Positions 1 to 14,400 of a DNA stretch of 64,000 nucleotides are shown here, piece after piece. The notes under the pieces are model-generated. The model was not told the origin of the DNA. It searched no databases and was given only the letters and a program-made list of their open reading frames with translations. Where the stretch lies: the NCBI GenBank assembly GCA_001643675.2, contig LSRY02000041.1, forward strand, positions 372,001 to 436,000, read 5' to 3'. How positions within the stretch are numbered: position 1 is the first letter of the stretch; every line of letters starts with the position of its first letter. This DNA comes from Monocercomonoides exilis PA203 (lineage: Eukaryota; Protista; Preaxostyla). The translations under genes and the position numbers were made by a program.

Positions 1-2169
1 TGGCTGTGTTGGATATGATGGCTGTGTTGAATCAATCGATGAAGAAGCTGGCGAGTCAAATGGAGAGAAAAACGGAGAGAAAGAGGGAGATGGTGATTGT
101 GATGGTGAATCGTTATCTTCTTTAACAATACTGACAATTTTGAATAACTCTGCTGATGGCTGATTGAAAGTTAAATTGATTGAAGATGATGCTTCTTTGT
201 TATCTTGTTCTATTGATGAGTTGCTTTGTGTGTTGGTCAATTCGTTCAATGAAGAAGGATTCTGACTCATTTTGATAAGAGTGTCAGCTGCTTTGTCAAA
301 GAGCATTTTAGATGAAGTTGAAGTTTGCTCTGAAAAAGTTGTTGATGAAGAGGGAGGCGATAAGGAAGGAAAAGATGAAGATGAAGAAGCTGAGGATGAA
401 GAAGGCGAAGAAGTTGAAAAGCTTGGAAAAGGCTCTGAAACAGATGAAGATGCTGATGAAGAAGGAAAAGAAGAAGATGATGATGATTGAGGTGATATGG
501 AAATTGAAACAGATGAAGATTCCGAAGATGCTGAAAGAGAAGGAAAGAAAGAATCTGAATTTGTCTGAGATGAGCTTAACATTGGTGGAGGAGTCAAAGA
601 AAACGGAGACAAACACAAAGAAACAGTTTCTTGGGAGCTGTGAAGAAAATCTTGTGAATGTGAAGTGACGTTGAATGACTCCGGCAGTGACGTGTGAAGT
701 GGTGTCTGAAAAAGAGCATTGAAGTTGGTCTTCTCATCAAACAGATCATCGTCACTATCTTCTGTTGTTGCAGATGATGATGACGATGATGATGAAGTGG
801 TAGCATTTTCAATCTCCAAATGCTCTTTGCATTTTATCCTGGGATTCGTGATGTGTTTTTGGAAGGTCTTCGAATCGAAGCAATATGCCCGATGATCAAC
901 CGGAAAGGAAACAAACAAAGACTCGTTTTCATCCTCTTTACTCGAAGAATTCTGAGAAGCAGACGATGATGAAGGTGCGTTGAACATGAGATGTTTTACA
1001 CATTTATTAACAACAGTGTTTGGAGATAAACGTGGTTGAACGCTTTGTTGGTTCTTAAATGTGATTTCATTCAATCCGCCCTCTTTCTTCTCTTTCAGCA
1101 TCCGGTGAAACGGAAGCTGATGAAGTGAGAAATTCGTACTTTGCATTCGTACTTGTTCCGTTTCAGTATCATTCAGTGAATTTGTAAGAGCTTGATTGTT
1201 AGGGAGAATTGGAACATGAGAAGTTGGACTTAAATAACTGTCATCTCTTCTCTTCATTTCTCTGTGCCCAATGTTAACTCCGCTTTGATCATCGTCTATT
1301 GGAGGCGAATAATAATAATGAAAGCATTGTTCATCGTCTTCTTCTCCAAATAAGCGTCTTTCCCATTGTGTTTTCTGAATGTGGTTGGAACTCCTTTCTT
1401 TTGCAAAGATCGACCTCAAAATTGCGGCAGTGTCAAATTTCTCTTTTTGTTCTACTTGCGCGCTTTTATTTTCTGCTTTTTCATTTGGAGAACTTTTGTC
1501 TTCTGAGGAAAGTTGCTTTGTTTCATTTGTTGTTTTTTTCTTTGAGGAATTTCTATAATCGTCTTCATTTTGGTCATTTTCTTCTGTTCTGAATCTGCCG
1601 TGTGGATAGATAAACGAATCGAAAAATGAGTCATCATCTTCTGAATCGTACATTGGAAGAGGAAGTTGTGTATGACGTCTTGTATTATATCTCCTTTCGG
1701 AAAGAGAATCTTCGGTTGATTCATCAGTGTGTTGTTTCTGAGCTGTTTCTGAATTTATCAATGCATTGGTTTTAAACTCTCTGTCATTGTCTTCAAAACT
1801 GATTTTACGAGTTACTCTTTTTCGTTTTTGTTTCGGTTTCTTGATAATTTGTTCAACGGACGATTTTTCGTTTTGAGATTCTTGACTAATTGCTTCATCC
1901 AACGATTTTTGTTCATTCTCGTTTGGTAAAGGATCTTTGGTGGATTCAACTTCCTTATTCAATTTGAAAAATGATAAAATTGAAACTGTATTTTGAGGAT
2001 TTGAACTTGATCTTTTCGGTTGGTGAAGTGTTGCTTTTTGTTCCGAATCTTCATTAGCCTTTTCATTTTCCGCGTTTTGTTGCTGATCATTTTCTTTTTG
2101 ATCATCTTTCTGAAGCTTCTTTGATAAAGGCTTGAAAAATTGAAGAATAGAACGAGTAGATTGTGTCAT
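1..2169 (-). CDS. 5' part (>=723 aa) of a Ser-rich nuclear protein with N-terminal PCNA-interacting (PIP-box-like) motifs; runs off the left edge
   Basis: Absent from the ORF track because it has no stop in the window. Manual translation from ATG at 2169 is open to position 1: MTQSTRSILQFFKPL...QNTVSILSFFKL...KKPKQKRKRVTRK (NLS-like)...FDSPASSSIDSTQPSYPTQP. The short ORFs listed at 272-1724 are shadows of it. Confidence 0.8.
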   Translation of the reverse strand, partial: MTQSTRSILQFFKPLSKKLQKDDQKENDQQQNAENEKANEDSEQKATLHQPKRSSSNPQNTVSILSFFKLNKEVESTKDPLPNENEQKSLDEAISQESQNEKSSVEQIIKKPKQKRKRVTRKISFEDNDREFKTNALINSETAQKQHTDESTEDSLSERRYNTRRHTQLPLPMYDSEDDDSFFDSFIYPHGRFRTEENDQNEDDYRNSSKKKTTNETKQLSSEDKSSPNEKAENKSAQVEQKEKFDTAAILRSIFAKERSSNHIQKTQWERRLFGEEDDEQCFHYYYSPPIDDDQSGVNIGHREMKRRDDSYLSPTSHVPILPNNQALTNSLNDTETEQVRMQSTNFSLHQLPFHRMLKEKKEGGLNEITFKNQQSVQPRLSPNTVVNKCVKHLMFNAPSSSSASQNSSSKEDENESLFVSFPVDHRAYCFDSKTFQKHITNPRIKCKEHLEIENATTSSSSSSSSATTEDSDDDLFDEKTNFNALFQTPLHTSLPESFNVTSHSQDFLHSSQETVSLCLSPFSLTPPPMLSSSQTNSDSFFPSLSASSESSSVSISISPQSSSSSSFPSSSASSSVSEPFPSFSTSSPSSSSASSSSSFPSLSPPSSSTTFSEQTSTSSKMLFDKAADTLIKMSQNPSSLNELTNTQSNSSIEQDNKEASSSINLTFNQPSAELFKIVSIVKEDNDSPSQSPSPSFSPFFSPFDSPASSSIDSTQPSYPTQP

Positions 2170-2473
2170 AAGCGTAATGAGAAAATGATAAAATTATTTT
2201 ATTCTAATTTTGAAAGACGCTTTAACAAATTTTCTTGAATTTCAGCCAAAAAAGTGGAAAAAATTCAAAAGGAAAAAAGAAAATTTTTATTATTACGGTT
2301 AACAAATAAAAAGTTTTCAAACATATTTTCACAGATTCATACCAATTACGAAAATTGTTAATAATCAATCAAAAAATTTTCTTTTGTCCATGATACCATA
2401 TTATTATATTTTTTCCCAGTTTTTTCTTTCGCACGTATTAATAGCGCAAAAAGAATTTTTCGAAGATACAGAA

Positions 2474-5400
2474 ATGCGAAAATTTATAATTGTTTTTTAT
2501 TTGTTCCTTTCAGCGAAAGTTACGTTTGCAAAAGAGTTTTGGTTGGAAGAGTCAAAGAATGGCAAAAATTGCACATATAATGATCCCTGCTCTTCATTTC
2601 GCGTTGTGCACGAAAAACTACAGCATAACGAATCTAACTTTATTTTCATTTTGAAGAATATAAATGCTATTTCGCAACTTCAGTGGAGTTTTTCGAATGG
2701 CTTAACAATATCTGGTGCAATCAATGACTCTGCAAGTATAATCTTCAGTCAAGTTTTTTCTGTGACAAAGTTGCATGAATCTCTATTTGATAACGAAAAA
2801 AATGGGGTTATAAATTTTGTATATGTTAGATTCTCTCTTCCAAATACTTTTTCGGAATTGCTTGAAAATAAGCCATATTCACTTATTGGATCTAAAGGAA
2901 AGGAACTTAGAATTGAAGAATCTATTTTTGATGCATCTTTGATTTCAGAACAAGTGGTTTACTCATTTGTGACAGTTTCAGATGGATCTCTTTTTGTCAT
3001 ATCAACTTTTTTCGAGACTCGACAGACAGTAAGTCTGGATGCATCAGCATTCATCATAAAAGAATTTACGTCAAATGTTTATTTTGGAAATTGTACTTTT
3101 CAGAACTTCAATTTGAGAGGTAATAATACTGCTATATGTGTGAATTTGCCAGAAGATAGCTCAACCTTTGTTCAAATTGAAGGATGTACGTTCAAAAACA
3201 TCCAATCAACAGAAAATTCAAAGTTGTTCGGACGGGGTGCGATCGCTTTTCTTTCAAAAGGAAGTGAAGCCAAATTACATTTCAGTGGGAAAAATGCAAC
3301 AACTGAGTTTTCTAACTGTGTTTCACCAACTACTGGCGGAGCAATAACTGTACTGGCACCTTTTTCTGTTGGTCTTTCATTCCAAAATAATAACTCCCGC
3401 ATGCTAAAGTTCCGGGATAATCAGGCTTTATTGGGAAATGACATGTTCTTGTTGGTCAAGGATGCGAAGGATCTTTCAACTATCTTGTTCTCAAAAGAGC
3501 TAAATAATGGTAAAATTGATGAATCAATTGCAATCTACGATAAAACACAGTTGTCAGCTGCTGTCGATTTAAACCTACTAACTATTTTGCTTGGAAGTGA
3601 GAGTGACGTTGTATATTTAGATTATGAGAGTCAATTTTCTTCGGGAATCAAAAATTTGGCTCAAAACACTTACAAATCCTTTGACGATGCCATCTCGAAA
3701 TGCAAGTGCATGAAAAGCGCAACTTTGGCTGTATCAAAAAAGGCTGTTGGAAGTCAGTTGAAGCTGGAGGATCAGAACTGCCGTTTTTGCTTTCATATAA
3801 CAATAACTTCTGCTTTTAATCTTATAAATAATCGAGTTTTCAATTCTAACTTTATTGGAATTGAAGATTACTGCGAAATTGTTTACAAACCTGAAACTGT
3901 TATTGAGCAAGAAGGTGATGCTCTTTTTCAGTCAGTGCACTCACTTGCCGTCTGTGGTGTTTCGCTTCATCTTCCTTCTTCATTTGTTGGGAATCATTCA
4001 CCTTTCAGCATTTTTTATGTTTGTGAAGGAGGAAAAAAATCATATGATGCCAAAGAAAGTGCAGAATCTTCTTCCACTACCACTTCTTCCTCATCTTCAT
4101 CTTCATCTTCAATTCTTTCTCTACTTCTTTCGTATGTAGAATTTGTTCTTCAGCCTTCTGACAAGACAATAGCATTTCAATTGATTGTTGCGAAGGAAGG
4201 TTCCATTTCATTGAATTATGTTTCTGTGAATAATGTTGGCTCTTTTGCTTACCATTTTGCCTTTTCTTTATTTGAAATTGATTTAAGCCACGTAAATATT
4301 GATGAATCACTTCATGATGTTTATGTATGCAATGTTGATGTGGCTGAGAGATCAGTATTTGAGTTCTACGCAAATAAAGAAACAGAACTTGCAAATTGGC
4401 AATTACAAACATCTCAATCTATTTATTCTTTCAATTCTTCATCTTCTCAAAGCAATAAATATGTACTTTCTTCTTTAACACAACACTCATTTTCTTCTGA
4501 TTTTCTTGAGCCACACGCAATCCACCTTGAATTATGTAATTTCACTTTCATCAACACTTCATCAAAAACAGGAGCTGGATGCGTAACTGTAAACATTTCA
4601 ACAAAGTCGCATCTTATTCTGTTTGTGTCTTCTTTGGGCATTTACAATTGCATTTCATGCTCAACAAGTCCACTTCATAATTCTTCTCTGTATGGTATTG
4701 ATGATTCGTCTTCTTCTATCTCTTCAAATAGCCCTTCTCATCCATATTTTGCATTCTCTCCTTCGCATGGAGCATTTACTGTCATCACGTCTGCTCCTTC
4801 CTTCATTCGCCTTCGGAACATCTCCACTGAAAAGTGCACTGCGTCGAAAGGAAAAGGCGGGGTGTTCCATTTGGTTGGCATTGCTTCGCTGATTGCATCA
4901 CAGCTTTCTTTTGTGGATGCAAGCGCATTGAAAGGCGGTGCTATGTTTGTGGAAATTCATGAATGCATTCCTTTGTCACATGGGAATTCAAGTGATATTC
5001 AGGATCCGTTGTTAGTGAAACTGAAAGAAGCCAATTTTTCATTATTTGAGATTTATTCAAGCAAAGAGATACTCAATGATTCTTATAATATTGATGATGA
5101 TACGAAATTGATTCAATTTGTTAATGTGCATTTTGAAAATTGCTCAGCGTCAATATCCGACGAAGACAAAGGAACAGATGTTTATTGCATTGACAGGCGT
5201 TTGCATTATCAGAAGGAATCGTTTTTCTTTTGTTCTTCTTCGACTTCCGATGTTACGTCTGGATTATTCTTGAAGACAAATGAGGAAAGTGAGCACAAAA
5301 ATTGGATTTCTACAAGCTTGTTCAAATGTTCTGAAACGGAAAATGTATTTAGTAAATTCTTTGTGAATGGAGAAAATGATGTATCAGCAAAGAAGATTCT

Positions 5401-8400
5401 GCAAACATCATCTTTTTCGTCTGGAGCTTCATTAAGGGATTCAAATGTTCGCATTCTCAATGACATTTTGCTGAAAACGGTTTCTGTTGATCCAATTTAT
5501 GGCAGAGATGAAAGCCATGGAGATGTCAAAGGATGCGAAGATGATCAAACTGTGGCTTGTAAGACAATCCAAAAGGCGCTTATGCTTCTGAGCCGCAATG
5601 GAATGGTCAAATGCGTTGGGGGAACTTATGACTCGGAGGATATTCCAATTCAGCTGATTGAACAACAAAAAGTCACAATTGAAAGAGAAGAAGGATCGCA
5701 AGAATTTTGTGATTTGCATTTGATGAACGATCTTAAAAATCAGATTTACATTTCTGTGACTTCTTCGAGCTCTTTTCTGCTGCACAATTTTCGAGTTATT
5801 TCTGACACTTCTTTTTTACATATGCTAAAGACTACTTTATTTGCTGTGTCTGACAGCGGCGAGCTCTTTCTGACCAGTTGCACAGTTACAAGGCAGCTGA
5901 ATTCACCGACTGTCGACCGATTCTGCGAGCCTCTGTTCAGAGTGAGTGGAGGGACACTTGCATTGTCAACAACAACTGTTGAAAACATTAACATGGAGGT
6001 TTATCCGCTGATATACTTCCCTTCAGATCGTACAGGCGCAGCTATTATTCTCTCTGATTGTGTGTTTACTGATATATTGTTGGACTGCACAATTGGCGGT
6101 GAGCCTTCATTAATGCAAATTGTGTCGACGGAAGATAAAAATGTGGATCTTTCTGTAACTCGCTGCAAGATCCGCAGATGCACATCTGAAGTTGCGACAA
6201 AGGGTGGGGCTATATCAATTTATTGCTACAACCCTGAAATGAAGCTATCTCTTGAAGGAAGGTTAAGTATATCGTTCTGCAGAGGTTCTTTCCGCGGCAC
6301 GTTTGGAGGAGCTATCTATATGGATATCAGCAAGCACATTCCAAAGTATTCTCAGAAGGACGCTAATCTTGAACTTACAGGAAACACAGCCCAGAATGGT
6401 AACAGTCTTTTCATTCGCGCTAAGAACTTGGAAGAGATAATTAAGCAACCTCAGTTTGCTCCGGGATTTTTTTCGAAAGTCCCGGGAGAAGTTATCGGAA
6501 TGGACGAAAATCAGTTTATTGATACTGGAATTGATCTGTTTGCCCTTTTAGCAACTACCAAGCTGGAGACAGTGTTTTTGGATCCTCTTGGAATGGACAA
6601 AAGATACTGCGGAATTCTGTTTCATCCATGTAAAACATTTGACGAGGCGTTAAAGCATGTTACGCCGCCAGACGCAAAGATAATTTTGAGAAGCCCAAAA
6701 ATGCTTTCAGCATCGCCAACGACATTTGACATATCTTTGAGTATTTTTTATGAAACTACTGGATTTGAATCTCCTTTTTTTTCAATTGAACTTAATCAGA
6801 TATTTGAAGAAAATGAAGGATATTTCAATATGGACTCTCAGTCGTTTTCTTTGCAGTTTGTTGATTTCTCCTTATCAAAAGGCAATCTTGTGAATGGAGG
6901 TGGAAAATATCCTGTTGCATTGTTCAAGACAACCAATACTGGAAAATTAGAGTTACATGGAAGTTTTGTGAATTATACTAGCAAAAATATTTCGACTTGT
7001 GTGCTGAGAATGGAAGGTGGTCGAGCAAGGTTATCTTCGATATCAATGGTTGAATCAACCTATTTATTTAATGTTTCACCATTTTACATAACGTCAGGTT
7101 CGTTCACTATTTCCAACAGCTACTTTAGCAATTTCATTTTGAGCGGGGCTGATGGAATTGTATGTGTACCAAAAGCTGCTGTTGAAGACACTGGCAACGA
7201 AAGGGCGATAAGCATATTTAACAGCATTATTTTGAATTGCTCTTTGGACAGCAATTTTAATGGAATAGGAACCTTTGTCAGCTGCGTAGGTGAATGCCAA
7301 ATGACAATTTCGGCTTCTTTATTCTCCAATTGTCGAGCCTATGGAAAAGAAGGATCTGGCGGAGCACTTTTTTTTAGTGATTTCAAAGCACTTTCGATCA
7401 TTGGCTCAAAGAGCAGTCACGTTGTGTTTAGCAATTGCAGAGCAAAACAATCTGGGGGCGCTCTTTATATCTCAATAAAAGAAGAAAAACCTATTAGCAA
7501 GACTATGATACTGGAGTACGTAGAAATTAATGACTGTCAATCCAAATATGGAGGAGGAGTTTTTATCATGATGGATTTTTCTTCTATCAATTGTTCGTTT
7601 ATCATTAGTTTTCATAAATGTGTTGTTGTTAGTGGGGGACAAGGACATGATATTTTCATGAGGCACACTGGAAACGAAGATATATCTAAAGAACAATCAC
7701 CTTTTGCTCGTAGTATAACTTCAAATTTGGAGGAAGGGAGAGTTTATTATAAAGGAAAAGAGATAGAAGGAACGCAAAAGGAATTTATTTGCGGCTCTAA
7801 GGCTAATCGTTCTGTGAGCACAGACTTTGGGGAAGATAAACCAAACTGTGGCATTGGGAATAATAGGGCCTGCAAAACGATCAATTATGTTACAAATGAA
7901 GCAAGTGGTTGGATTGACACCGTAATTTCTTTAAAAGGTAACAGTTATGTGGTGAACTCGGTACAAAATTTTCTAAATGGGGATGTTGCGATGTCTTCGG
8001 ATCCCACGAATTATATTTTAGTAAAGTCAGCTTTTGAAGATGAAATACCTGAAAAAACGGCATTCATGATTGGATCAGTTGTGCAAATGTCTTTTCTCCA
8101 CTTTGTTCATAGTGCCGAATATGAGCGTAACTTATTTATTTCACTCATCTTTATTGATGAAGGTGGAAAATTGCATTTAACTCGGTGTACTTTTGATTCA
8201 GGGAGTACACTTGAGGAAACTGATGAATTGCTGTGTGCTCCTTTGTTTGTCGCTAAATCTTCTTTGATTGTCAGCGAATGCAATATATCGAACTTCCATT
8301 TAAATGAACATTCCCTTATTGAGATGAAATCATTTTCGAATTTTGTTTTTTTAAATGTGAATTTATCCTATTTCAGTCATATTGTTTCATGCAAAAACAG

Positions 8401-11400
8401 TAAAGCAGCTGTTATTACGAAAGAACACCAAAATGGAAGCATTGGCTTATCAGAAACGCATTTTAATCACATTTTGTCTCCTGCTTCTTATTTTGGCGGT
8501 GCATTATTAGTTTTACTATCTCAAGAATCTCAGCTTGTTATTGAAAAAGGATGCAGCTTTTCCGAATGTGAATCGAACTCGATAAATGGAGAAGGAGGTG
8601 CTATTTATTTGTCCACGGCACTTTATCCTCAATTGGTTATTAGCGCTTTAAGTGAATTTTCAAATAATTCTGCACATCGTGGGAGAAATATGTTTGTGAG
8701 TACATCAGACCTCAGGACACTTTCAGAATCAATGATCCCTCCGAAATTGATGGAAACGTATGGTAGTTCGAATTTTCTTGGAAAAGACAAATTCTCAGGT
8801 CTTCAAAAACTTTTGTATTTTTTCACCAAGTATCGCGCATCAAATATCTACGTTGATTCATCGATTGGTTGTGATGATTTTTCGTGTGGTAGCAAAAATT
8901 ACCCTTGTTTAACCATTACGCATGCATTGACGCATTTTGAAAGTCAATACTATAGAAATTTAGCTCTTTCGAAAATTCTATTTTTGGAAGAATCCCTGAT
9001 GTGTGAAGAGGGCACAAATTTAAGTATATCAAAATATTTAGACTGTACGATAAATATTCCCATGAATCTCCCAATTCTCAACTCTCCAGAAGCAGCTATT
9101 GAAAATTTTGGATTAACAAAAATTAACAACGTGGTTATTGATTTTCCGGAGAATTATGCTGAATCTTGTGGTTGCACTTTACGTTCAATCATTCTCAGTA
9201 ATGGAAAAAATGCTGATTTAAGGCTATCTGGAGTCAGCTTTCGAAGTGGAGGTACGCTTATATCTCGGGCGTTCAACGTTGTATATATTGGAGGAGGAAA
9301 ATTCTTTACAAATAATATTGAAATTGATACTCAAAACTCACAAAAATTGCATTATTCTCCATTGATCTTTGTATCTGCCAATTCAAAATTCGCTTTTGAA
9401 GCAAGAAAATTTAAGGCTAATAAAATTGTTGCTTGCAAAAGTGGATTATTTGAAATCTATGCGGATGAATATTCTCTCCTCCAATGCTCCTTTTCGCGCA
9501 TCACATCAGATATTCAATCTTCGATTTGTGTTGTTGAAGAGAGCCAGACCGCTATCATTGAAGAATGCACTTTCCATGAATGTGGAAATAATCTGAATGA
9601 TAATTCTGTTTCTTTTGGAGGGGTTATAAAAGTGAAAAAGAATTCGAATTTGTGTGTAATTAGCGACACAAAGTTTATTGAATGCTTTGTTGGTTGTGAA
9701 GCTGGGAGAGGAGGAGCTATTTATGTTGAGCCTGGAGCAGGAAGCCTTAGTATAAAATCTTCAACTTTTATTTCTTGCTATACACATTCAAATGTTCTTT
9801 CGATGGGAGGTGCCTTGTTCATTGGTCAGATGAAGCAACCTCCAGTTCTCAACCAGGTTTCTTTTCAGAGCTGCTCAGCATATTGTGGAGGGGCTTTATT
9901 TCTCGATTCTTCCAGTTCTGAATTAACTGCTTATCTGTTTAGCTGTCTATTTGATAACAATAAAGCATTTGAAAATGGTCATGGATGCGACATCTTTTTT
10001 ATTGATAGAGGACACAATGAACTTACCAGAGATAAATCTCCATTTATCAAATGTATGTCTAATTCAAAAAGTGACGAGCGATTCTTTTATGAGCATGATG
10101 ATATTCAAGTTGGAAGGAAGGATTTTATAAGCGATTTAAGCATAAAACGAAATGTTCATCCAAAGAAAGGTACTGACGACAAGCAATGTGGGGTTGATAA
10201 AGAAAATTATTGCAAAACAATAGGCATTGCTGTTTCTCTTTGTGTGGATTGGACTGATTGCTCGATATTCGCAGCAGACAAGCTGTTTGACACAGAAACA
10301 ACCACTATCAACATTGATAAAAAAATAATTGTAATTAAACCTATGGAAGATGTTGAGAAAAGCACAATTGTAACTGTTTTTAAAGAAAAGCAGTCTCTAT
10401 TTTATATTAACACTAATGGAAACTTACATTTGCAGTCATTTGCCTTAGAACATGATACATCTGTTTCGGCTAATTTAGAATCTCCATTATTTTATATGCA
10501 CGAAGGAAATCTTTTGATGGTTATGTGTGAGATTTTTACAAAGCAAATTCAATTTAAAAGTGAAGCATTTCAAAAGCCAATCATACAATGTTGTGATTCT
10601 AGTATTGTGATTTATGATAGCTCTATATCATCATTCACTTTGGAAGAGCACGCATTTATTGGTGTTTTTAACTCTAAGTACATTACTCTGAAATTGCAAA
10701 ACTGTAATTTTAGCAATATTGAGAAATTAAAGGGGGAAAAAGGAGCTGTTTATTCTCTAAGTGGTAGTACTATTTCTCAGGCAATAGAAATTCAAGAAGT
10801 TTCTTTTAATGGAATCAGAGCTTTTGATTCAACGAAAGGAGGCGCTCTTTCATTTGAATTGAATTCATTTGAAGATTACTTAACAATGAGGCAAGCTGGT
10901 GGAGAATATAAGCCAAACACTTTCGAAGGATGCTGCTCAAGGTTGTACTCAAGCTATGGTGGTGCTATCTTTTTGAGTGTTGTTCATATGTCGTACAATT
11001 TGCACTTTACTTCTTTTTCTGCGCCATCTGTAACGAATCCTAATTCAGCGGAATTTGGAAGAGATCTTTTTATAAAGGCGGAAAATTTGCCAATATTTGT
11101 ACAGTTTGCAGGTATATTAAGAGAGACATGTTCTTGGATTCCAAATTCAGTTGTTGGATGCGATTCGGATAGCATTGATAAGCCTGTTGATTTGATTTGT
11201 TTGTTTGGTGAAATGGTGTATGATTTATATGTGGGTAATGCAGGATTTGATAATAAAAATTGTGGATTTTCTTTATCAAGCAAGTGTAAAACCCTGGAGT
11301 TTTGTCTTCGATGTTTGAATAATGAAAGGGATTGCTCATTATTAATTGATGAAACTTTAAAGATAAATAGCATAAAGTTTGATGATTTTTTTAGACTTTC

Positions 11401-14400
11401 CATTTTATCTGCGAGCAAAGTTCGTCAAAAGGCTTTATTTAGCTTTTCAGCAATTTCATCTTTGGAAATAGAAGATATTGGCTTTGTTGAAGTTGAAAAT
11501 CAACTAAAGCTTAGTTACTTGTCATTTGATTTGCCTCAAAAATTCATTTCTGTCGGTTGTTGTAATTTTATTCCGAAAGTGTATATTGTTGTTGAAGGAA
11601 AATATTCGAGCTTGACCATCAGTTGCTGTGATATTCCTATTCCAGAAAAGGAAAGCTTGTTTCATTTTGAATTACCATTCGTAAAGGTCATTGGAGGAAT
11701 ACTTTGTATCGAATCTTTATTTATCTGCTACAATAATTCAGGCAAAGAATGTGCACGTTTTACAAGCAATTTTATTGAGATTGAAGATCTTTATGATGAA
11801 AATGAAACGATTATTTCTTCAGTTTCTATTTCTGTTTGTACATTTCGTTCAACTTTTTCTAAGGGATCTCTCGTTTCGTCATCTTCTTCAGGGTCAGTTG
11901 GATTTCGAGAAACTTTTGCTAATAACTGTTCAGTTCAAGGGGCATGTATCTTTGGCGCATTCTCAAAAGGTGAACTTGTGATTGAAGATACCATTATGAA
12001 TGAATGCTCATGCTTTGGAAATAATGAAAGCATTTTGATAAGTGTTCATGGGATTGATAATAACAGTCCAAATATCAAGCTTTTATCCTGTTCCTTCAAG
12101 CATATTCAAATGATTAATAACTCGGAGATTGCTTCTGCTATACTCATTGTTGACGTTGGGGAATTAATGATTGAGAATTGTCAGTTTTATAACATTAATA
12201 CATTTGGATCAGGAGGAGCATTGCATTTGGAAAGAATTGGCAGCAAAAGTTATATCAAAAACAATTATTTTTACGGCAATTCAGCTCAAAATGGAGGGGC
12301 CATTTATATATTGACAGAAAATTTGAATGATTCTGGGACAATTTGCTGCTTCTTCGAAAAGAATGTTGCTTATTCGAGAGGAATGGATGTATATTTAGAT
12401 GATCATCGTGCAGAGCCCGTTACAGAATCGAATAATCCATTTCGTGAGAGTTGTACTTCAACTATCAATGAAAGTACACTGTTTCACAATTCAAGTTTAT
12501 TAAATCGTACAGAATTTGGATGGATAAAGTATGCTGAAATTGAAAGAAAAGTGGCATCTAACGCTTCAAAAGGTATTGATAAAGAATACTGTGGATATGT
12601 TAATGAGACAAAATGTGATACAATTGAAACGGCTGTGAAGAGGACGAAAGAAATTGCTGAATGTACTGTTGCGTTAGATGGGCTCGTTTATGAAAACGAA
12701 AAGGAATCAATAGTTGTGGGTAGCAAAAGAATACAGATTAAAGGAGAAAGTGAGAAAGAAACAATTCTTGTATCCAACTTTAAAAAAAGAGTTGATTCTT
12801 TTTTTACTGTTAGCTCCGGATCGTTGAAGTTGAAAATTTTAGAAATACTTTTAGATCCATCGTATGAAGGAACTCGAACTAGCCCTGTTCTTTTAATAGA
12901 CGGCATAGGAACTGGATCCACCGTATTGGAGAATTGCACGTTGACTTCAGATTATATTGAAACTTCAGTTAGTCGACCTGTGGAAGCGAATTTGTTCATT
13001 GCTAAAGGTGGAAGTTTGAAACTCAAAAATGCGACAATTACAAATTTATTCTTCAAAAATTATAACCTTATTTCACTAATCAACAATTTCCAAATGCTCT
13101 CCCTGGATTCAACTGTGTTCAAAGATATCACATTAAATGGAAACGTTTGCTGCGTGTCAATTGATTGTTCGGAAGATTCAAAAGCAAGAATTGACTTAAG
13201 AAATAGCGAGTTCTCTCGAATTCTAGCAAAAGATTCAATTGAGGGTGCTGCATTATTTGTCCGTCAAGCAAAAAGTTCAATATCTATTACTATTTCAAAG
13301 ACAAAATTTACTAAGTGTTGCAATAAGGAAGGAGATGGCGGAGGAAAGGGAGCTGGTGTTTGTGCAATAATTGATCAACAAGCAGAAAATTATGTACCAA
13401 TGAAATTTTCTTCAGTTGAGTTTGCAGACAACTCTGGCTGTGCTGGGAATAATATATTCATTCGTTTCAAAAACAGTTTAGAAAGTTTTAATGAAATGAT
13501 CCGCTTCGATTTTGATTTGAAAAATTATTATGGAGTTCGTCATTTATTTGAAGTTGAGGATGCAAATGGAAAAATATCAGATTTAATGGATAGAGGTTCA
13601 ATAATGCTGTTGCCGTATAGTTCAGACTCAATATTTATTTCCGATGAGCATTCTTCTGATTCAATATTATGCGGAGAAAAGTCATCACCTTGCTCAACTA
13701 TAAATAGAGCAATCGAGCATGCCCAATCAAATGCGAAATCAAAGATTAGCATTGTTTCAAAGTTTTCTTTTCATTACGGAGTTGTATTTGAATCTGGCAT
13801 AATGCTTGAAGCAGAAAGCAATGAAAGAGTTTCGTTCTTTATCAATTCAGATACGAAATTTTTGGATAGCGTTGCTTTCCGTGTGAGATCAAATTTTTCA
13901 ATGTCACGACTGAATATTCTTTATTCAGGTTTTGCTGGCATTATGTATTTCACGTTTATTGAATGTGCAGGTGCTTTACGGGTTGTGAGGATATCAGATG
14001 TGAGCTTTGCTCCATTAGAATATAGAGATGTGTTCATTCAGCCAGTTTTTTTAAGAACAAAAGATTATTCTACTGTTTATATAGAAAATTCCACTTTGTA
14101 TGGCCTTTTGAAACAAAAGAACGTCAATTTGCAATTGATAGATTCTGAAAGATCTGAAATGTGTTCATGGACTCAAAATGAATCGCTAATTATGATAAAT
14201 GAAAGAGCAGAAGTTACACTAATTAATACAGATATAAGGAATTCTTCGTACGGAGGAATATTAATGGATAATGGAAAGTTGTTTGTTCAGTCAGCTACAT
14301 TTGCAAATAACAAGAAGAGGGAAGTGACTAATTTTGAAAATCTGCGCCATAATATCTTATGCTCATCTGGCGAGTTATTTATTGAAAAGATGAACGTTGG

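Noticed and set aside
272-1724. Short Glu/Lys/Phe-rich ORFs in the track
   Set aside because: Antisense or off-frame shadows of the long minus-strand CDS 1-2169.
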